This document shows positions 29,131 through 32,000 of a stretch of DNA of 32,000 nt, one piece after another. Each line of letters begins with the position of its first letter. Within the stretch, counting starts at the first letter, position 1. The position numbers and the translations under genes were made by a program. The DNA is from Flavobacteriaceae bacterium (GTDB lineage Bacteria; Bacteroidota; Bacteroidia; Flavobacteriales; Flavobacteriaceae), in assembly GCA_965224465.1 (NCBI GenBank), contig OZ245049.1, positions 4,620,001 through 4,652,000 of the forward strand, written 5' to 3'. The notes beneath the pieces were generated by a model. The model saw only the letters and a program-made list of their open reading frames with translations. It searched no databases and had not been told where the DNA came from.

Positions 29131-29997
29131 TATTCAAAAAGAACTAAATTTTTAACAGGATTTCGATACACCCACATATACCCTCTGTGTGTTGATTTTT
29201 TCTTGTCTTTATCTAAAACCTTTATAGGAGATTCGTCTGCTTGAATATAATTGGCATTTTCTAAAAACTGAGCCTTAAATGTATCGTATAAAGGAGCGAT
29301 AAGCTCCGAACTTTTAGATACCCATCCTCCAATTGTTGATTTACTTACTTTTAAATCTTGTCGTTTAAAAATTTGAATTAATCTGTAAAGTGGTAAATGG
29401 TCTACAAATTTTGAAATAAGTATAAAGGCCAATAAACTTGCTGATGCATTTCCTTTAGGTATCGGTAAGCTTGGTAATTCTGCTATAACAACGCCTTTTT
29501 CTTCCGGAAGTGCATATTTAGGTCTTACAATTCGTCTTACAAAAACGGAAAGAGGCGTTATTTCTAAAAGTTCTGTAACTTCTTCTCCTATTTTTACAGC
29601 TCCTTCTTCTATGTGCTTAGGCTCTATAATCTCTTCTACTCTCGGAAAATGCGCAGGTATAGAAGAGCGAACAGGTTTTTTCTTTCCTTTCTTCTTTTGT
29701 TTTCTTTCGTAGATTACAATATGTTTTTTGTATGCCTCTTCTTTCTCAGCTATTATTTTTCCGAAAAGCGACAATTGATTTGTGTCAACAGGGATAAAAC
29801 GTTCGCTTTTAGACCCGAAAACCATTCTTTTAAGCTGCTCGTATTGCTGCTTAATTTCAGCTAGTTCTTGAGCTTTTTTTTCAAGTTCAATCTTTAAAAT
29901 TACCAGCTCTTTTTGTATGTCTATTGTATTGTTTTCCACACTATAAATATACAAAAAACAAGACTAAATAGCAGGTAAAACCTACAGTTTTATTGAA

Positions 29998-30351
29998 TTA
30001 TTTAGCCTCTAAATAACGTTCGTTTTTCTGAGTATTTATAATACTAATTCCGTCTAAAACCATAACCATTTGGGTATAACTCAAAACTACTAATCCATCT
30101 TCAATGTCGTATTTTGGAAGCTCAAAAATACCTCGTTCCAATCGTTTATAATACAGTACAAATCCTCCAGGTCGCCAATGAAGAAGTTTTAGTTTATTTT
30201 TTTGCTTATTGATAAATGCATAAACACTATTTCTATCTCGCTCTTGTTCCATGTGCTCACTAACTAATCCACTTAATCCATTAAATCCTTTTCGCATATC
30301 AACTGCAGATAAGTGATAATAATACGTGTGTTCTGTACCTAATCCTAACAT
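29998..30351 (-). CDS. tnpB: IS66-family accessory protein TnpB (IS66 Orf2)
   Basis: 117 aa. DMRKGFNGLSGLV...KLKLLHWRPGGFVLYYKRLERGIFELP matches the IS66 Orf2 family pattern. Unrelated to IS200/IS605 TnpB. Confidence 0.9.
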   Translation of the reverse strand: MLGLGTEHTYYYHLSAVDMRKGFNGLSGLVSEHMEQERDRNSVYAFINKQKNKLKLLHWRPGGFVLYYKRLERGIFELPKYDIEDGLVVLSYTQMVMVLDGISIINTQKNERYLEAK

Positions 30352-30438
30352 TTATATTTTCGTTTTTGTTTAGATGCAAAAATTAGATTATTTTTAACTT
30401 CTTACAAGATGTAGTTCTCCGTACGCTTACCGTTAGAG

Positions 30439-30509
30439 CGTAAAATAAACTATTTATATCGGTTATTTTGAATTGGTTGGTAGTAATTGGTATAAATGTA
30501 GCTAAAGCG
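30439..30509 (+). repeat. Intergenic repeat, module A copy (R4), abutting the other IS66 end
   Basis: CGTAAAATAAACTATTTATATCGGTTATTTTGAATTGGTTGGTAGTAATTGGTATAAATGTAGCTAAAGCG. The first 21 nt of the core (AAATAAACTATTTATATCGGT) are identical to 21068-21088. Confidence 0.8.
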
Positions 30510-30647
30510 TATTTCTCTGTGTTTTAATGATGATAAGACAGAGAATAAACAATGCGTATAGATCCTTCTCTGGAATTGGAGGAGCGCACTTATTTTCACT
30601 TCTTGTGTAAAATAAATTCTTGAATTCCTTATGGAGATGTCAAGACC

Positions 30648-30687
30648 AAAGGAACCCTATAATGTCGCATTATAGGGTTCCTTTTTT
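30648..30687. terminator. Bidirectional intrinsic terminator downstream of the PorP/SprF gene
   Basis: Perfect 17-bp stem AAAGGAACCCTATAATG-TCG-CATTATAGGGTTCCTTT, with a T-run on the plus strand and AAA/TTT on the minus strand. It lies 70 nt beyond the minus-strand stop at 30757. Confidence 0.8.
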
Positions 30688-30756
30688 ACAAGCTATTTGT
30701 AAAAAACAATTCTTTTAGAAACAGACACCGTACCCCTTGGGGAGAGGCTGTTGATG

Positions 30757-31710
30757 TTAGCTCTTTATTACAGGAAGTATATTTTTATTTTCTTTTAAAA
30801 TAGGGGTTTCTTTCTTTATTCCAATTTTAATCTGGAAAAACAATTCATGAGAACCTTTGCTGTAATTCCCCAAGTTTCCCAACACATAATCATAAGAATA
30901 ACCCATTTTAAACGATTCCGAAAGGTTAATTTGTAGTAAGGTTGCCATGGATTCTTCATATCTATAGGATATTCCTATTTCAAATAACTGGTTGTATATT
31001 CCATTTATAGATAGGTCTGTAGACAAAGGTGCGCCTTCTACATATCTGGTGACAATGGTAGGTTTAATAAGCAAATGCTCGTTAAGTGGATATGAATACC
31101 CTGCATTGAAATAATATTTTACTTTTTCCGAAGCAGATGAGGTGAAATTATTTTTTGATTTACGGAAATGTTTCTTTTCTAATAAATTTAAAGCAGCAAT
31201 CCCTATATAATAGTTGGGAGTTGCATAATTAATTCCCAATCCAAAATTGACATTAAATTGGTCTATGTTTTCGGTATATGCGGGGTCGTCCAAGATGTTT
31301 AATGATAATAAGTCTGCATTTAAAGAACTTCCTCCTGCTTTAAGCCCAAAGGAAACCTTGGCATGTTCTTGCACTTGAATTGCATAAGAGAAATCTGCAT
31401 AAAAATGAGTTTCCTTTAATACAGAAACCTGATCGTTGACAATGGAGAAACCCAAGGACATTTTTTTAGTTAAAGGAAGTCCTACGGCAAAACTCTGTGT
31501 TTCGGGGGCATCTTCTATTCCTGTCCATTGGTTTCTTGTTCCCAATGTAAAAGTGGTGTGGGTATACAGTCCCGTAAATGAAGGGTTTAACAAGGGGAGG
31601 TTGTTAAAATACTGAGTGTATATTGGATCCTGTTGTGCAGTTAACTTGGTTATTCCTAAAAATAACAAAAAGCATAACAGGAGGTGTTTTAGTAAATGGG
31701 GCATATTCAA
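30757..31710 (-). CDS. Type IX secretion system membrane protein, PorP/SprF family
   Basis: Signal peptide followed by QQDPIYTQYFNNLPLLNPSFTG, the family N-terminal signature. About 300-aa beta-barrel-like sequence with alternating hydrophobicity. Confidence 0.88.
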   Translation of the reverse strand: MNMPHLLKHLLLCFLLFLGITKLTAQQDPIYTQYFNNLPLLNPSFTGLYTHTTFTLGTRNQWTGIEDAPETQSFAVGLPLTKKMSLGFSIVNDQVSVLKETHFYADFSYAIQVQEHAKVSFGLKAGGSSLNADLLSLNILDDPAYTENIDQFNVNFGLGINYATPNYYIGIAALNLLEKKHFRKSKNNFTSSASEKVKYYFNAGYSYPLNEHLLIKPTIVTRYVEGAPLSTDLSINGIYNQLFEIGISYRYEESMATLLQINLSESFKMGYSYDYVLGNLGNYSKGSHELFFQIKIGIKKETPILKENKNILPVIKS

Positions 31711-31794
31711 ATGTATTAATCATGAATGTATTTGAAGCTATAGTAATGCCAATTAAATTTCCAAGTGATGATTTATAAATGGAATTATTTTTTG

Positions 31795-31898
31795 TTTTAG
31801 CTAGGCAAAAAATGGATGGATAGCCTTAGCTATCGTTCTGTTTTTTAACAACGCTAAAATGCAAAATAAACTATTTATTTTGGATTTTAATTGGTGTA
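31795..31898 (+). repeat. Intergenic repeat B-A (R5), with the A module carrying a 9-nt deletion
   Basis: TTTTAGCTAGGCAAAAAATGGATGGATAGCCTTAGCTATCGTTCTGTTTTTTAACAACGCTAAAATGCAAAATAAACTATTTATTTTGGATTTTAATTGGTG. It has the same B-then-A order as the reconstructed empty site of the IS66 insertion. Confidence 0.8.
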
Positions 31899-32000
31899 AG
31901 ATCAAATACATGTCAATTTAGGGTTAATAATTACATTGTTTTTTAGGATAAATAACAAAACACGGTACATTTTAGGGTCTTGTAACGTAGGTGTTTAGAG

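Larger units (their letters stand above)
27324..29954 (-). pseudogene. tnpC: IS66-family transposase TnpC, disrupted by IS30 insertion
   Basis: The N-terminal fragment (29133-29954) ends in ...YMWVYRNPVKNLVLFE. The C-terminal fragment (27324-28004) reads YNKGRGKVVPEEFFKDFNGTLQSDGYAAYQ... Removing IS30 and one TAT copy restores one in-frame 500-aa ORF (VLFEYNKGRGK). Confidence 0.88.
27296..30430 (-). mobile_element. IS66-family insertion sequence (tnpB + tnpC, no tnpA), 8-bp TSD CGTTAGAG, interrupted by IS30
   Basis: Terminal IRs GTAAGCGTACGG (27296-27307) and CCGTACGCTTAC (30419-30430), continuing imperfectly to about 25 bp. Direct repeats CGTTAGAG at 27288-27295 and 30431-30438. GTAA-initiated IRs and 8-bp TSDs are IS66 hallmarks. 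The native length would be 2007 bp without the IS30. Confidence 0.88.

Noticed and set aside
30552-30623. 23-aa ORF (MRIDPSLELEERTYFHFLCKINS) upstream of the bidirectional terminator
   Set aside because: No recognisable ribosome-binding context, hydrophobic core or conservation evidence. An ORF this size is expected by chance.
20806-31898. CRISPR array interpretation of the A/B repeats
   Set aside because: The copies are dispersed over 11 kb and are unequal in length and spacing. They are 45-65 nt modules with indels, and there are no cas genes. This is not CRISPR.

Overview
Low-GC Bacteroidota (Flavobacteriaceae-like) chromosomal segment. The taxonomic call is an inference from gene content (T9SS PorP/SprF, DUF3467 after rpoC), TTG-N19-TAnnTTTG promoter boxes and the near absence of Shine-Dalgarno sequences.

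- 1-20.8 kb: a textbook housekeeping block, all on the plus strand. It holds a XerC/XerD-like recombinase (5' end cut by the window edge), hpf, the tRNA-Thr/Tyr/Gly/Thr-tuf operon, tRNA-Trp, secE, nusG, rplK-rplA-rplJ-rplL, rpoB, rpoC, a DUF3467 gene, a small TonB-dependent receptor, tgt, an LptF/LptG-family permease, an EamA transporter and accA.
- 20.8-21.5 kb: a 700-bp ORF-free gap carrying repeat modules.
- 21.5-23.1 kb: bifunctional nnr with an unusual poly-acidic tail.
- 23.1-30.4 kb: IS-rich. An IS30-family element sits upstream of a DUF962 gene. Two tandem TlpA-like thioredoxin lipoproteins follow. Then comes an IS66-family element whose tnpC is split by a second, identical IS30 copy. 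All target-site duplications are readable.
- 30.7-31.7 kb: a PorP/SprF-family gene on the minus strand.

I see no CRISPR array, defence island, toxin-antitoxin pair or novel multi-gene protein system. The one signal that standard annotation does not explain is a modular intergenic repeat family, always in the same orientation (module A plus a hairpin-forming module B), at four loci between 20.8 and 31.9 kb. Module B shows compensatory and wobble substitutions consistent with a plus-strand RNA structure, and one copy is the exact insertion target of the IS66 element. This is the best candidate for something undescribed, held with moderate confidence only. All homology calls come from reading the translated ORFs by eye; no searches were run.
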